64,000 nucleotides of DNA from Camelus ferus (Eukaryota), in the NCBI RefSeq assembly GCF_009834535.1, contig NC_045697.1, positions 58,964,001 through 59,028,000 of the forward strand. Direction: 5' to 3'. The notes under the pieces are model-generated. The model was not told the DNA's origin, made no database searches, and saw only the letters and a program-made list of their open reading frames with translations. This document shows, piece by piece, positions 24,875-37,879 of this stretch; within the stretch, counting starts at the first letter, position 1; each line of letters starts with the position of its first letter. Position numbers and translations under genes: made by a program.

Positions 24875-25830
24875 AGGGGGACCAGGGGTTAAGGAGACAG
24901 TTGTGGAAGGAGAAAAATCACATGGCAAAGGGAAGAGGTGAAAAAGAAGAAGAGAGGATTCCTTTTTTAAAATGTTCTCTACATCAGATCTGATTTTCTT
25001 ATTTAAATAAATATTGGATTTTGAAAGATCCTTTGAATATGTTAGTTCATTTCAGGGGTATAGCAAGGAAGTCAAACATATTTTTAAAAAAGTGTTCTAT
25101 ACCAGAGGTTCCACATATGGTGTTAGAGGACAAAGGTACAGAGAAAGCCATAAAGGTGGAATGGTCAGCAAACCTAGGAAAGCCAGGAAAAGCAGAAAAT
25201 AAGATGTTATTTTACTATGTATTACTGAAACCAAGTGAGGTTGATGGATAGAATTATCATGAATTAAACTTGCTAACCAAGTCCAGATGATGACTTTATG
25301 AAATTTCTTGCCATGTCTTAAGTATTAACAGATAAGAAAAAAGGTAAGGTAATTTATCTCAATTAAAAAAATATACTGTTCAAGCTGAACTGTGGTACCA
25401 TTTACTGTCAACACATTTACCGAGACTAGTAATTCTCACCCCCTGACAGCTAATGAAGGGTCTGCTTATACAGATACTTTCAATCAATCAAAATCCAAAA
25501 TTCAAAGCTAAAATCTCATATTTTGTATGGAATTTTAGAATTTCAAAGGTTGATTTCTTATTTAATAAATGATATTTTATCACACTCATTTCAACTATTC
25601 CTTAATTTTAATTCTTAGACATTTCACAAAGGGCACTGACAAATTTTCAGGATTACAGTTTCAGTGAAACATTGTTCAATGAATTTTTTTCTCAAGGCAA
25701 AATAAAATACTTCAAAACTGATATCACTTTACTCATCATTCAGAATCCAGCCTGATGGGTGTGATAAAGACTTCTAAAATAGTATGAAGAATGGTTCACT
25801 CCGGAACTTTCAAGTTTCAGATTTACTTAC

Positions 25831-26023
25831 TTCACAGTTCAAAATACGGTTTGGTACTGCTCTCCAGTGACCGATTTATTACTGACCTATTCTGTTTCTA
25901 AAACTATACACTCAAACCATCTTCAGAGTAAAATACAGAGAAGTAGAATCTTTAAGCTTTATAATCTCTTCTTTGAAGAAATGATTCTTAAGAGATAAGA
26001 GATTCGACATACCCCTCTGGAAC
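25831..26023 (-). pseudogene. Exon remnant FQRGMSNLLSLKNHFFKEEIIKLKDSTSLYFTLKMV*...
   Basis: ggtcttttcag|G ... GAA|gtaagt; phase-2 start fits the upstream exon. Confidence 0.55.
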
Positions 26024-26227
26024 CTGAAAAGACCAGTTACTGTTTTCAAAATTTTTACTGGAGATTAGCAACTCCTGCAATTATTCAAATTTTCCCAAGA
26101 TAGATACTCACACATAGCACTTAGAAAATATAAGGAACAGAAAAGGACTAGTCTCAACCAGCATCTTAGAAACACTGGTGCAAAAGAAGGAGGAAGACTT
26201 GGTGAGGAAACAGACAACTCTGCTAAC

Positions 26228-26400
26228 CTGGAATTGAGAGGCAGAAAGATGCTGTGAAATACACGATTCCCTGCAGGATTAAGGTGGTCCCTGAAGGAGT
26301 TAAAAAGCAAAACCTCCAAAGATCACACACATACTTTCATGTTTTTATATCCCTGCATTTGCTCCATTTCCCTTTTAAGTATCTTTTGACTATTTGTTTT
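26228..26400 (-). pseudogene. Exon remnant ILKREMEQMQGYKNMKVCV*SLEVLLFNSFRDHLNPAGNRVFHSIFLPLNS
   Basis: Donor CAG|gttagc; internal acceptor at 26290; RGS-like helix pattern; 5' boundary uncertain. Confidence 0.5.
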
Positions 26401-27669
26401 TTACTGCTGATCAGACCACAGACACAAAAGGTCACTCTGCTTCTGTCACATCTGTTCTGCTCCTTAATTTCTTTAGCAAAATTATTTAAAATTCAGAAAG
26501 TTCCACGAGAATAACAAGAAGGAAAAATTATTAGAGGGGAAAAAAAGCAGAGGCTATATTAATATGTAAGAAAGAAAAAGTTTGTTGTGTAAAAATCCTA
26601 ACTTTCTATAATTCTGTAATCATTACTAAATGATGATGTAATGATTTAATAACATTTTTATATGACTGAACTCCTAGAAACTGCATTAATATTGTTGTTA
26701 CATATTATTTCACAGTTTTAACAGGCTTAATTTATAGGAAACTGATTATGAAATGTAAAACTTTATTCTACTAAGTCAAATTTCCATTCCTCTCAGTGGT
26801 TAATTCAATAATCTCTTCCTTACTAGGTCAATGAATTATTAAACAAAGTACATGAAAATATGTTTCTAAGGACCTGGGACATCACAGACACTCAAGAGTT
26901 GTGAATCTGAATGTGAGAAATATCAAAAACCCCAGTCAAAGCCCTGTACAATACAAGTTATTGGTGTCAATTAATAAACTAATTTATTAGCTGGAAAACA
27001 CATAGATTTATAATAACCAGAATATACATCAATATAACAATAAAGATTTTCCTCCTGGATGAGTTAAACTTTGATGTGACAGAAAAAGGCAGTGGCTGGG
27101 AAAGCCAAAAGAATGTTGGTTACTCTTCATTCGTATTTTTACTATACAGTATCTTATCAGAAATTAAAATCCTTCAAATAATAAAATACTCAAGAACTCA
27201 GTTCAAATGAGTCAAGATGGCAATAGCAAATTTCCAGTCTAAGTCAAAATAAGAATCTCTCCTTCCAGAGTAACATAATAAAAATACTGTCATGTAACTT
27301 GATATACGTGCATTCTTTTAAGTTTAAAAGTATCCATGGCACTATCAAAGAGAGTAAAAAATGCTTTTTTTTTTTTTTTTTTTTTACTTTAAAGACTTTA
27401 TTATCACTAATGGCAGAATGGGCCAGCATTATAATTGAGTTTGCATTCTAAATATATTAAAGATGAATATACATAATGAGGAACAAATCTAATGTTATTT
27501 CATTAATTTAAACTTTGTTAGAAGTTTACTTTCTGCTATAGCTAAAGTTAAAAGAACTTTGTCACTGGATCTCAAAACCTACAGGAAATGTGTCAGGCAT
27601 CTGAGTGAAAGGCATAATGTAAGTAGCACTTCACAATAAATCCTTTCTCTCTTTAGCTAACATTGACTA

Positions 27670-27832
27670 CAGTAAATGCAATTTGGAAATGATCTCAATT
27701 CAGATTTGGTCTTCAACTGATGGTGAATAGTTTGGTGGAGACTCCATTAGCTCATTATTCCTTGTTTGTCTGTTAATAGCACAAGATGCCCCATCAGAAG
27801 ATGGGATAAAAAGGCAATTAGTGTTACTCTTT
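27670..27832 (-). pseudogene. Possible exon remnant KSNTNCLFIPSSDG...SPSVEDQI*
   Basis: ctgttattttag|; 44 open codons; donor not fixed. Confidence 0.35.
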
Positions 27833-29329
27833 CTAAAATAACAGTTGAGCTACCCACCTCCATACCAGTATCAATGTTTTGCAAACTGTTTTATATTAAA
27901 TCTATTTCTTAGCATTATATTGAAGTCCATGCCAGTTCAAATATTTTTAGCTATCTTATCATACAACTTATCTATAACAAATGGGCTGCAATTGACTATT
28001 TTTTAAATGAAAGCTTTAATTTGTTGTGATATTTTGCTTAGTGGATTTAATAACCTATTATAACCCTCATATTTTTATTATATTTATTGTATAGGATTAA
28101 CCTAATGGTATGTTTTAACTGCAGCTTGGAAACAGTTCAGTTGAGATAGAAAGCACCTGAAATAACAGTACAGTAAGGCAAAGTTGTTAGAAATAATCTG
28201 CATAGCCTTTTGCTCAGGGATAACTTTTCAGAAGCTATATTTACAGCAAAAGTTTTCTAATACACGTTGTTCTTTTCCTATTAGCAATGCTTTTTAAAGG
28301 TACTATCAGAGGGAATTATTGCTACAGTGTTTCCTGATACAGGTGTAATGATAAGAAGCATTCACTTTCTTTGGATATTTACATATGCCCAGGATAAATA
28401 TCAAACTTCCATTTTCAACTGCTTATCACTAGATATCCATAAAAATGATAATCCAAAAATTTTGCTAATTCAATATATTTAATCAAGGATGAAACTAAAT
28501 TGAAATGAAAAAGAAGTCTATTAAAAACTTCATTTGTGGAGTAATTAATAACATCAAAGATTTCTTCACTCATGGCTGAGAACAGAGATACAATATAACG
28601 AAAAGTGTTTATCTACAAAATTCAGTTTTCTCTTTCAAACTGACAATGGAGAGTTTACATGATTATATATGCATTACCACCAAGTTTTACAAAAATCTAG
28701 CCATTTACAATTTTTGGCAACAAAGCCAGCAAACAACTGCTTGCTTCCATTACACTTGTAAGAAGCAATTTGAGAAGCTACTCCCCAGGAATTAAATTTT
28801 GTGGATAAACATTTTAGCTAATTGCATTATTGTTCTCAGAACATTGAAGGCAGCACTAAGCCAAACCCAGAAATCCAATTTCTTTATTTCATTTTTTCTC
28901 TAAAGCAATAAAATTCACTTCCACAGACACATCTTAGGACTCAAGAAAAAATGCATATAATGTATACTAGATTGATTAGAAAGTTATAAAAGAAACTTTG
29001 AGTGTAAAATTTATGTTTTAAAGAAGAAAAAACCATAGTCCTCCTGAGCTAAATAAGTTCTAAAGATATATATTTAAAAGGTTTATGTAAAAATTCAGCA
29101 GAGGGAGTTCAGCATTTGAAATTTCATCAGTGCTCAAGAGTACTGGTTTTTGCAAAAAGTATACAGAATCGGTTCTGGCTATTTCGTGATTTTTATCTGA
29201 TAGTTATTTCCTACCTTTAATGCAACTCTCACACTTTCAAGAAATGCTGTTCTTTAAACATCGCAGTAATACCTGTACAACTGGATTTATCCGAAATACA
29301 TAACAATATTAAAAGGGACTTTTAATGTT

Positions 29330-29720
29330 CTTAAATTTCCTCAAGCACCTTTACCTAAAACTCTATCACCCAGGGAAATTATATGCCCCCAGAACAGGAT
29401 ATTCACTAATGAATACTCAGAATATCCATTCTCTTAGAATATCCATTCTCTGTTCTCCAGTATTAAAATCCTTTTCATATACCACCAATTCTGCACAGCT
29501 TGCCTAAGGCTTTTTATTTAGAATTAATTACTCCATTCTTCTAATGTTTCTTTTATAGTATTTAGCACATTATAACATAGCTAGTTTTACATGTTTCTGT
29601 GTCCCCAACTAGACCTGTGATTTTCTGGAGGTCAGGGCACCATCACTCCAGAACATAACAGCGGTCTTTTGTGCACCAGAAACTAATATAATAGGTATTA
29701 AATACATAATTTTTAAAAAA
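29330..29720 (+). mobile_element. L2 fragment
   Basis: catgtttctgtgtccccaactagacctgtgattttctggaggtcagggcac. Confidence 0.6.
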
Positions 29721-30369
29721 TAAATTAAAATTGTTTCAATCTTTAGTCAAGATTTATGATGACATTCTTTAGCATTTGAAATGTGTTACTAACGGAGAAA
29801 TAGTTATTCTGCATTAAGCCAATGTAACCAAAGATGATACTTTCAAAGCCTCTTCTCACGATTATGATTATTCTCATAATTAAAATTATTTAGAAAAATC
29901 ATATTTACTCTGAAAAAAATTGAGAGTTTATTATAACCCTTTGTTTCAGAATTAAGGTGAGAAGTTCATCCAACACATTTTAATTGATATCAGGAATTCT
30001 GAAAAAATTAAAAATATAATTTTCAGTAAAGACACATAATACTAAAAATGGGGATATGAATTTATACTTACTCTACTCATATAAATACTTAATATGAAAC
30101 AAAATCTAAGAATTCTTTTAATTATTAAAATTTTGAAAAATAGCAGAGTAATTAATGATCCCATAATAGTCAAGTTTTCTGAAAATTTAGTGGATTTCTT
30201 CCAAAGACCAAAACTGTTTTTCAAAGTTATATATATTTTTTAAGTCTTTTAAAATGTATTGTATATATCCTTGCCTTCTGACAAAGTATATTAAATACAT
30301 GCAAACTGCCTTTTTCTTCTCAGTGACCCAAGATCACGACAGAATTGCAGCATCTTATTTTTTTTAAGA

Positions 30370-30530
30370 GTAAGAAGGCCCTTTATGGATAATCTAGTAC
30401 TATCCTCACTAATTGGACAAATGAGAATACTACAATCCAGAGAGATTATATGATGTGCCCTAAATCTCACAGCAAGTTAACAGCAAGGCCAGGCCTAGAG
30501 GGAAGGTAACCTGATCTAGAGTTGTTCCTA
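30370..30530 (-). mobile_element. MIR SINE
   Basis: ggacaaatgagaatac...tgccctaaatctcacagcaagttaacagcaaggccagg. Confidence 0.6.
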
Positions 30531-31219
30531 ATCAGAACCCCATTTGTAAAATATGTGTAATTCAAAAGCTCTTAGACACATAAGGAAACTTCGCTCTGAC
30601 ATAAAACAGATCCAGACTGCTATACTTACTAAATTTTTTATGATGCCTTTCCATGTTCATTTGGGCCCCAGTCTTAATATGAAATGTAAGATCCGTATTT
30701 AGTTTTTAGTATTTCTACTCTTATAATTTGCTGATTTTAATCTGCTGGTCTTGAATGCTAGATGATCCAATCTGTTAGAACATACTATAAACGATTTTCC
30801 TCAATAAAGGTCTTTTCTATGTAAAAAGTGCTTTAGTTAGATAAAACAGTTAATACCGTATTCAATGCAGAAACAGTTAGGCTGTGGTTCCTGTGGTTAG
30901 TTGTTTGGGAATCATTTACTAAAGGAAATAAGGCACACTTTCAAAGATAAGCAAAAAATATCTCAGAAGGAAAATTCGTGAGAGCAGCATTTTCCACTTG
31001 GATGATGTAATTTTTTTCTACTTAAATTCAGAGACTAATAAAAGCAGTTCCTGTCATAGTTAAGAAAGTGTTAAAAAATTAACACCTTAACCTAGCACTT
31101 GAAGAATTAAACTTTTTGTACAACATAAATTTATACAGTAACAATGTCACTTAAAATATAAATAAGATAGAAACAGGAAATACAGCTAGAAATATAAAAG
31201 AGACAATAAAAAAAATAAT

Positions 31220-31291
31220 ATATACATTTACCATGACCCAGAAACCCAACTCTCAGGTATTTACTCTGGAGAAATAAAAATTTATTTAAAT

Positions 31292-31339
<48 letters not shown>

Positions 31340-31960
31340 GCGTGCGCAAATACACATACCCTGCATAAGAATGTTTAAAACAACTTTATTTTGACTGACA
31401 ATTAGAAACAACCCAAATGTCTTCAACAACTGGATGGATAAATGACTGTGAGTCATCCATACAATGGGATATTGCCCAATAACAAAGAATGAGTGAATTA
31501 CTGATATACTCAAAGATGAATCTCATAATCCTCATTATAATGAGTAAAAGGAGTCAGTTTCAAAAGGCTACTTATTGTACAATTCATTTATATGATACTC
31601 TAAAAAAATCTTAAAATACAGAAATGCAGAACAGAATAGTGGTTGCTAGGGGTTAGGGACACAAGCAGAAAATGACTACCAAAGGGCAGCATGAGGGAAT
31701 TTTTAGATGATAAAATCTTTTTGTATCCTACATGTAGTGATAAAAACACAATTCTATACAAGTCTTAAATCTCAGAGTTGCATACCAAAAACAAAACAAA
31801 TGCTGTAAGCATAGATAGACAGTCAGATATACAGACAGATATACAGACTGAAAAATAAAAGTCATGGTTGCATGGGTATATACATTTGATAAAATTCCTC
31901 AAGTGTTTACAATGGGTAATTTTAAACATTTTAAAATTTTAAATGTGTATACTCAATTAA
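31220..31960 (+). mobile_element. L1ME-type 3' fragment
   Basis: acaacccaaatgtcttcaacaactggatggataaat...agtggttgctaggggttaggg...gggtatatacatttgataaaattc. Confidence 0.8.
31294..31347. repeat. (CA)n followed by (CG)n purine-pyrimidine tract
   Basis: Direct reading. Confidence 0.95.
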
Positions 31961-32049
31961 AAAAGTATAACCAATCACTCTCCTGCAAAAAACAAATAAA
32001 ATCAATAGTCAATAATGAACTATTTTTAGTTTTCAGCTATGGCACAAAC

Positions 32050-32161
32050 CTCAATCTATGAATATTTATGGTCTGCAGCAGATCTCTCTATATTCAACAG
32101 ATCATCCTTGATTCTGGCAGAAAGGAGCAGTCTTTTTTGAACCGTCATAGTATTTTCAGTG
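32050..32161 (-). pseudogene. Exon remnant TENTMTVQKRLLL...
   Basis: ctcctctaatttacag| ... GAG|gtttgt; 34 open codons; with a 1-bp shift reads KRLLL(F)CQNQG*SVEYREIC. Confidence 0.5.
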
Positions 32162-32849
32162 CTGTAAATTAGAGGAGCACTGGATAGTTTAAGGTAAAGA
32201 AGATCTGGTCAAGAACAAGGATCAGGACACAGGATTCTGTCCAGGGCACTGCTAGTTCAGGTTTATCCATAAAAATAAGAAATAATGGAAAGTGAATATC
32301 CAATCATCTTAGAGGTTTGACTTGGGTAGCATACTTTCCATAATATGTCCAAATTATTATTATTATGTCAGGAAAACACTGCATATCCATTCACAGTTTA
32401 TTCTCAACTCATCTTTTTGTTTTACGTTTAATGTACTGAGTTAAGAAACATGTTCAGGTATTTTCAAGATGGGAGAAACTAAAGGAGGTCTGGTTGCTTT
32501 CCAATATTACAGTGGTCACTATCTTGTCTGACAAAGCAGGAAGAGACATTGGTGTTTAAAATAGGCAGGGATGTACTGCAAAAAATGACAGGTGATGAAG
32601 GGTAAACTTTTCCTCTGATAGTGTCTGTCCTTTTGAACAATTTATGTATAATTATTTTGAATGCTCGAAGATTTAAAAAAATTTTTTTTTTTACTTTAGT
32701 TTTAGTTACTCAGCACTGTTCTGAAGTTAGGGTGATGGGTGAGGTAAATGGTCATGACATGCTACTACACACAGTAATTGAAATTGGTAACAATAATCAA
32801 AGAAAAAGATATTTTAATTGAAAATGATTTTCTGCCTTACATATATTTC

Positions 32850-33340
32850 AATACAACACTCCCTACATGGCAAGCTTTCATCAAACATTTAAAATATAAC
32901 ATGAGAAAATGATTAGAAGAAGAATGTGAGTGTTCAGGTAAATTTGACAGCTTATGAAAGTGAAACCTTTTGGAAGGACATTTTAACAACGTATATTAAA
33001 AGCTTTACAGTCATAAACTGAAACCCAATAATTCCACCACTAAAAATCTATTCAAGGAAATAATCGCTTATGTGCCAAAATATATATTGATCTCAGTAGT
33101 ATTTACGATAAGTAAAAAACAGTACAATGTTAGTAAGAATATGCCCATATATGAAGCTATGAATATTTATGTGTATTTATTTATTTAAACAGATAACTAA
33201 GAATTTACACTGAAACATTAACCATGGCTTTCTCTGTGTGTAGGGTTATGAATAATATTAATATTCTAACTCTGTAATATTTCTAAATTTTCTATAATGA
33301 GCGAGTATACATTGATTTTATAATATAAAATCTAATAAAT
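32850..33340 (+). mobile_element. Old L1ME 3' fragment
   Basis: aaccttttggaaggaca...aacccaataattccaccactaaaaatctattcaaggaaataatc...ttctaaattttctataatgagc. Confidence 0.65.
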
Positions 33341-33589
33341 ATTTAAATGACTAAATTTTAAATTTTTGATATTTTTACACACAAAAAGTTTAACCAAAAA
33401 TGAGAGAAAAGCTATATACCAAAAAAAAAAAAAAATACTGATCCAAGGATATTCAGTAATTGGTTATAACTTTTTTAGCCATTGTACAAATCTATTAAAG
33501 TAGGCTGCATTTTTGTTTTGGTGAAGTAAGTATTACTGTTGTTTTGTATATTCTCTACTTGCTATTCCTGTTTCACAGCCCATTCTGTG

Positions 33590-33845
33590 GTTTAAATCGT
33601 GGCTGACAACTTTTGCTTTGCAAAACTGACTGGCAGCTATCAATTCAAATGCCAGACTTATCTTTATGCAAATTTGCAAAGGTCACCATTTATGCATGTA
33701 AATTCCGAAGGGCACTAACTATACAGCTGACAGATTCTGACAGCCACTGTATCTCCAAGAATGGAATAAGCAGGGATGACTGTCTGAATAATGAATGTGC
33801 TTTTTACTCTGCCTCTGGCCAGTTTTTACATCCCACACTTTCTGA
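33590..33845 (-). pseudogene. Exon remnant containing YSILGDTVAVRICQLYS*
   Basis: Acceptor aaaccacag|; unique, relatively GC-rich; peptide resembles recalled RGSL1 'LLGDRICELYL'. Confidence 0.45.
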
Positions 33846-34149
33846 CTGTGGTTTTGAAATTAATTAGAAAAAATAATTCGGAACAAAACCAAAATATTTT
33901 TTCTTAATTTCTATAAACAAATGGGTAAAGAAGTGAGACAATTAATGACCTTCAGTTTAAGGTGTTGTATTTGTACTGATCATTCCTACATAGAGATAAA
34001 AATTAACACCCAATTTTGGATGTTATTTCTGCAAAAAAAAATCCTTATTATTTCTGTAAAAACATTAATTATCATTCCATATAAAAACACAACACAAATA
34101 ACCCTTGCTCCCCAACTACCCAGGGCTCAGTGCATGGTGCCACCACCCA

Positions 34150-34420
34150 AGGGGTTGCCAGTTTCAAGCCTGAGACTTGTGCCACTGTGACTTCAACTCT
34201 CACTATTCAAATACAATCAGTCACTAAGACGTGTCAATTTTACCTTTTAAACGCTGTCTCAAATGTGTTACTAACACTCAATCCCCAGTGTTGTTGCTTT
34301 AAACCAGACCTTTATTATACCTCACCTGAGTTATTGTAAATATTTTCCACATAATCCTCCTGCCTCTGGTCACACAGTCATCCACACTGTCTGCCTCCAG
34401 AGTAACTTTCTAATGTCCAA
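34150..34420 (+). mobile_element. L2 fragment
   Basis: atacaatcagtcactaagacgtgtcaattttacctttt...ctcacctgagttattgtaa...catccacactg. Confidence 0.7.
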
Positions 34421-34479
34421 ATCCATACACAGGACCAGTGGTACAATAAAAAAGACACATAAAATTAGAAATTAAAAGG

Positions 34480-35040
34480 AGGCTTTAAAGAGAAAAAAAT
34501 TAGAATATATTAACTGATGGAATGAGACAATAAACAGAATTGTATATAATGTGGTATTATGTGATCCAGAGAAAAATAAAGCAGGAGAGGAGGAAAGAGG
34601 GTGCCCGTAGGCAGTTCAGTTTCAAGCAGGTTGTTCAAGGAAGGCTACCATGCGAAGAGGATATTTGAAGGCTAGGATATAAGCCATGGGAGTAACTAGG
34701 GAGAGTGTGATTGGTGGAAGGACCACCGGCTAAGGTTCCAGTGGAGAGAGGCCTCCTGTGTTCAGCAAATGGCAATGAAGCCAGGGCAGCTGGAGTGTGC
34801 AGGAGGCTGAAGATAGAACAGAGCTCTGAGTGCTGCACAGTGAAAACAGTGGAGCAGGAAAAAAGGAGACTTGTAACGGTCCAGCCAAGAGGGGACTGTG
34901 ATTTGGACCGAGGGAGGAGACAAGGAGGTGCTCAGTAGTCAGAGAGATTGTGCTGACAAATGTGCAAAGGATGTGAAAGAAAAGTCAAGATTCACTCCAA
35001 GCATTTGTGCCTAAGGAATTCGAAGAATGGAGCCATTAAC
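34480..35040 (-). mobile_element. L2 fragment
   Basis: Purine-rich reverse L2 (gagaaaaataaagcagg; aatgaagccagggcagctggag; agtcaagattcactccaag). Confidence 0.7.
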
Positions 35041-35322
35041 CAAAACTTGTGTGAGCATGATGTTTCTGAATTGGCTTTATTATTTTGAAAATTTTGATTT
35101 CATGCTTTGTGGTTGAATCTATTCTAAGAGGTCATTTACAGTGGAAAATATATCTTCTCCAATATATCTTTTTTTCAAAGTTCAAGAAACTATAATTTAC
35201 TGTAAAAACACTAAGTGTTTATAAGTGCTTAGATAAATCTAGCTGTATACTAAATGACACATGGTAGAGCATTTTGTTAAACCCCTTATTTCTAGGAAGG
35301 AAAATGAAGCAGAGAGTATAAG

Positions 35323-35830
35323 TGCCAACTAGAAATTGACACTTGCCATCTGCCTCTATAAGGATTGGATCATGCTGGCACTTGCCACCTACCTCATCTT
35401 GGATTAAATCACAAGCCACTGCAGCCACTGACCTCCAACACTCCCTGAAAGGAGTTCAGGGTGGAGATCAGGAAATGAGGCCCTCTATGCTCTGGGAAAA
35501 CTGGCTGAACAGGCCTTCAGATAGTTAGATATTTTCAGGGGAAGATTTTATGATCCCAAATTCTTGCATCTCCTCGTATCTAGAAAAGCACTAAAAGCAT
35601 TAACAGTGACATCTGCTCCTCGTGACCAGCAGCAAGACTCTGTCTAAATGTGTGCTTGACTGCATGTATCCCCTTCACTAAAATCACGTATATACTGAGC
35701 TCCCCCCAACACTTCAGAGCAGTTCCCCAGGCCTATCTGAGATGCTGTCTCCTGGGCTATAGTCCTCATTTTGCCCCAAGTAAAACTTAACCCACAACTT
35801 TCACTTCGTGTGATTTTATTTCAGTCTACA
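35323..35830 (+). mobile_element. ERV1-class solo LTR (508 bp)
   Basis: TG...CA termini flanked by a perfect 4-bp TSD TAAG; internal ggagttcagggtggagatcagg...cttcagatagttagatattttcagg resembles LTRs recalled from cetartiodactyl genomes. Confidence 0.85.
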
Positions 35831-35949
35831 TAAGTTACACTTAGAAGATCATACAGAGAATTTGTCTTCAAAACTTGACCTCTCTAATCTGCTTCTTCCT
35901 CTCAAGTGTTTGTTTTATTTATTTTGGGGGATATTTTATTGTTAAAGAA

Positions 35950-36150
35950 AAATCTAGAGGTTCCCAGGGCTGATGGAGGTGGAAGGGAATGACTACAAAA
36001 CTGCACAAGAGAACTTCTGAGGGTGAAGGATATGGTCTCTATCTTGATTTTGATGATACCCTCACACGACTTTATGTGTCAAAACAGAATTATACATTAA
36101 AAAGTGACTTCACTATACATAAATTATATATCAATAAACCTGATTTAAAA
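35950..36150 (+). mobile_element. L1ME 3' terminal fragment
   Basis: gcacaagagaacttctgagggtgaaggatatggtctctatcttgatt...aaattatatatcaataaacctgatttaaaa. Confidence 0.75.
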
Positions 36151-36198
36151 AAATAATCCAGCAAATAGCATAAACTGATGCATGCTGGAAATGCATAC

Positions 36199-36425
36199 AT
36201 TTTTGTCCAAAGGTAAAGTGAATCCATCATAGTGTATAATTTGTTCTAATACTTTTTTTCTGGTTAAAGTAATGTGTTTAATGTCATCTTCCAACGAAGT
36301 ACCGTTGTACTTGCTAATGGAGTAATACAATATTACTTGCTGCCATATAATTTATCTTGTGTGATTTCGACCTTTTTTACCACAGCAGGAAGAACTAGGG
36401 TTTCTCCAATGATTTCATTCTTTCC
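36199..36425 (-). pseudogene. Exon remnant GKNEIIGETLVLPAVVKKVEITQDKLYGSK* / KYNGTSLEDDIKHITLTRKKVLEQIIHYDGFTLPLDKN
   Basis: tttcctgcag| (alternative acceptor at 36313) ... AAT|gtatgc; two long open stretches in different frames. Confidence 0.6.
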
Positions 36426-36989
36426 CTGCAGGAAATTTCAAATAAGGCTTATAAACATTTATCATAAATTTAGCGGAAATTTGTAGATGACTAGATTCAG
36501 TATGACTTTAAACTTTGCTGAAAAACCTAAAGAGGTATATGCATTTGTGTTCCAGATGTTAAGTTATTAAAATTCTTGCTACTAATGATGCTATGCACTA
36601 TCATTAAATTATACCTCAAGATAAATATGCTCTCAGGATGAGTTTAATCACTTATGATATAAGAGATCAATCCCTATTTCATAATCATTTCAGTAGTTTT
36701 AAGTTTTTGCTATCCTTATTAAATCTGAGATTAGCACTGTTTAATTATATAATGAGTCCGAAAATATTCTCTAACAGGGATAGAAGAAATGCCAGCTCTA
36801 TCATTTTTTATTGACTTATGCTTGTATCAATCAAATAATCTTCATTTTGTAAATTTTATTTAACACTTCATAAAATATATTGTCCAAATATGAGAACCAG
36901 GAAAGTTAAAATTGACAGTAATTCCACTTAATGCACTTATCCAAACACATGTAACATTAGTACACTAAAATATTCTTAAAAACAAACAC

Positions 36990-37660
36990 TGCCATCAAAA
37001 TCCAATGAGATACCACTTGACATCCATTTGGATGGCTATAATCAAAATGACAATAATAACTTTTGGCAAGGACATGACACAATTAAAACACTCATACATT
37101 TCTGATGGGAATGTAAAATGGTACAGCAACTTTGGAAAGCAATTTGGAAGTTTCTCAAAAGGTAAAACACACAGTTCTCATAAAAGCCAGCAATTCCACT
37201 TTAGGTATGTATCCAAGAGAAATGAATACATATGCCTATACAAAAACTTGTATATAAATGACCATAGCAGCATTATTCATTAATAGCCAGAGAGTGTAAA
37301 AATTCCAATGTCTATCAACTAGTGAATGGATGAGCAAAATGTGATTTATCCATATAACATACTGTTATTCATGCATAAAAGAATGAAGTTCTAATTCACA
37401 CAACAAGAGTAAAACTTGAAAACATTATATTAAATGAAAAGGGCAGATACAAAAAAAATACCGTATGATTCCATGTATATGGTAAATCATCAGAATGAGG
37501 GAGAAACTTAGAGCAACTGCTCATGGATGTGGGGTTGTATGTAGGAATGATAAAAATGTTCTAGATTAGATAGTGGTGATGGCTATAGAACGTTGTGACT
37601 ATACTAAAAACTTTAAAAGGGTGAATTTATGGTTTATGAATTGTATCTCACTTAAAAACT
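36990..37660 (+). mobile_element. L1MB-type 3' end
   Basis: atgagataccacttgacatcc...gggaatgtaaaatggtacagc...tttaaaagggtgaatttatggtttatgaattgtatctc. Confidence 0.85.
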
Positions 37661-37879
37661 ATGACACCAACACTGCCTATCATTTAACACTGTAAAAATG
37701 CTTATAATTAAACTTCACACTTGGGGGTCCAGTTGTATTCACTATATTGAATATTATAAGCTCTTCGTTTTTCTTATACTTTTTCATGAAAAAATTATCA
37801 GGAAAGGTTCTGAACATTTCTTCTCACAAGACTCGGGATACCCTTAACACTCTAGAGACAGCTAGGCTGGAAAATAAAG

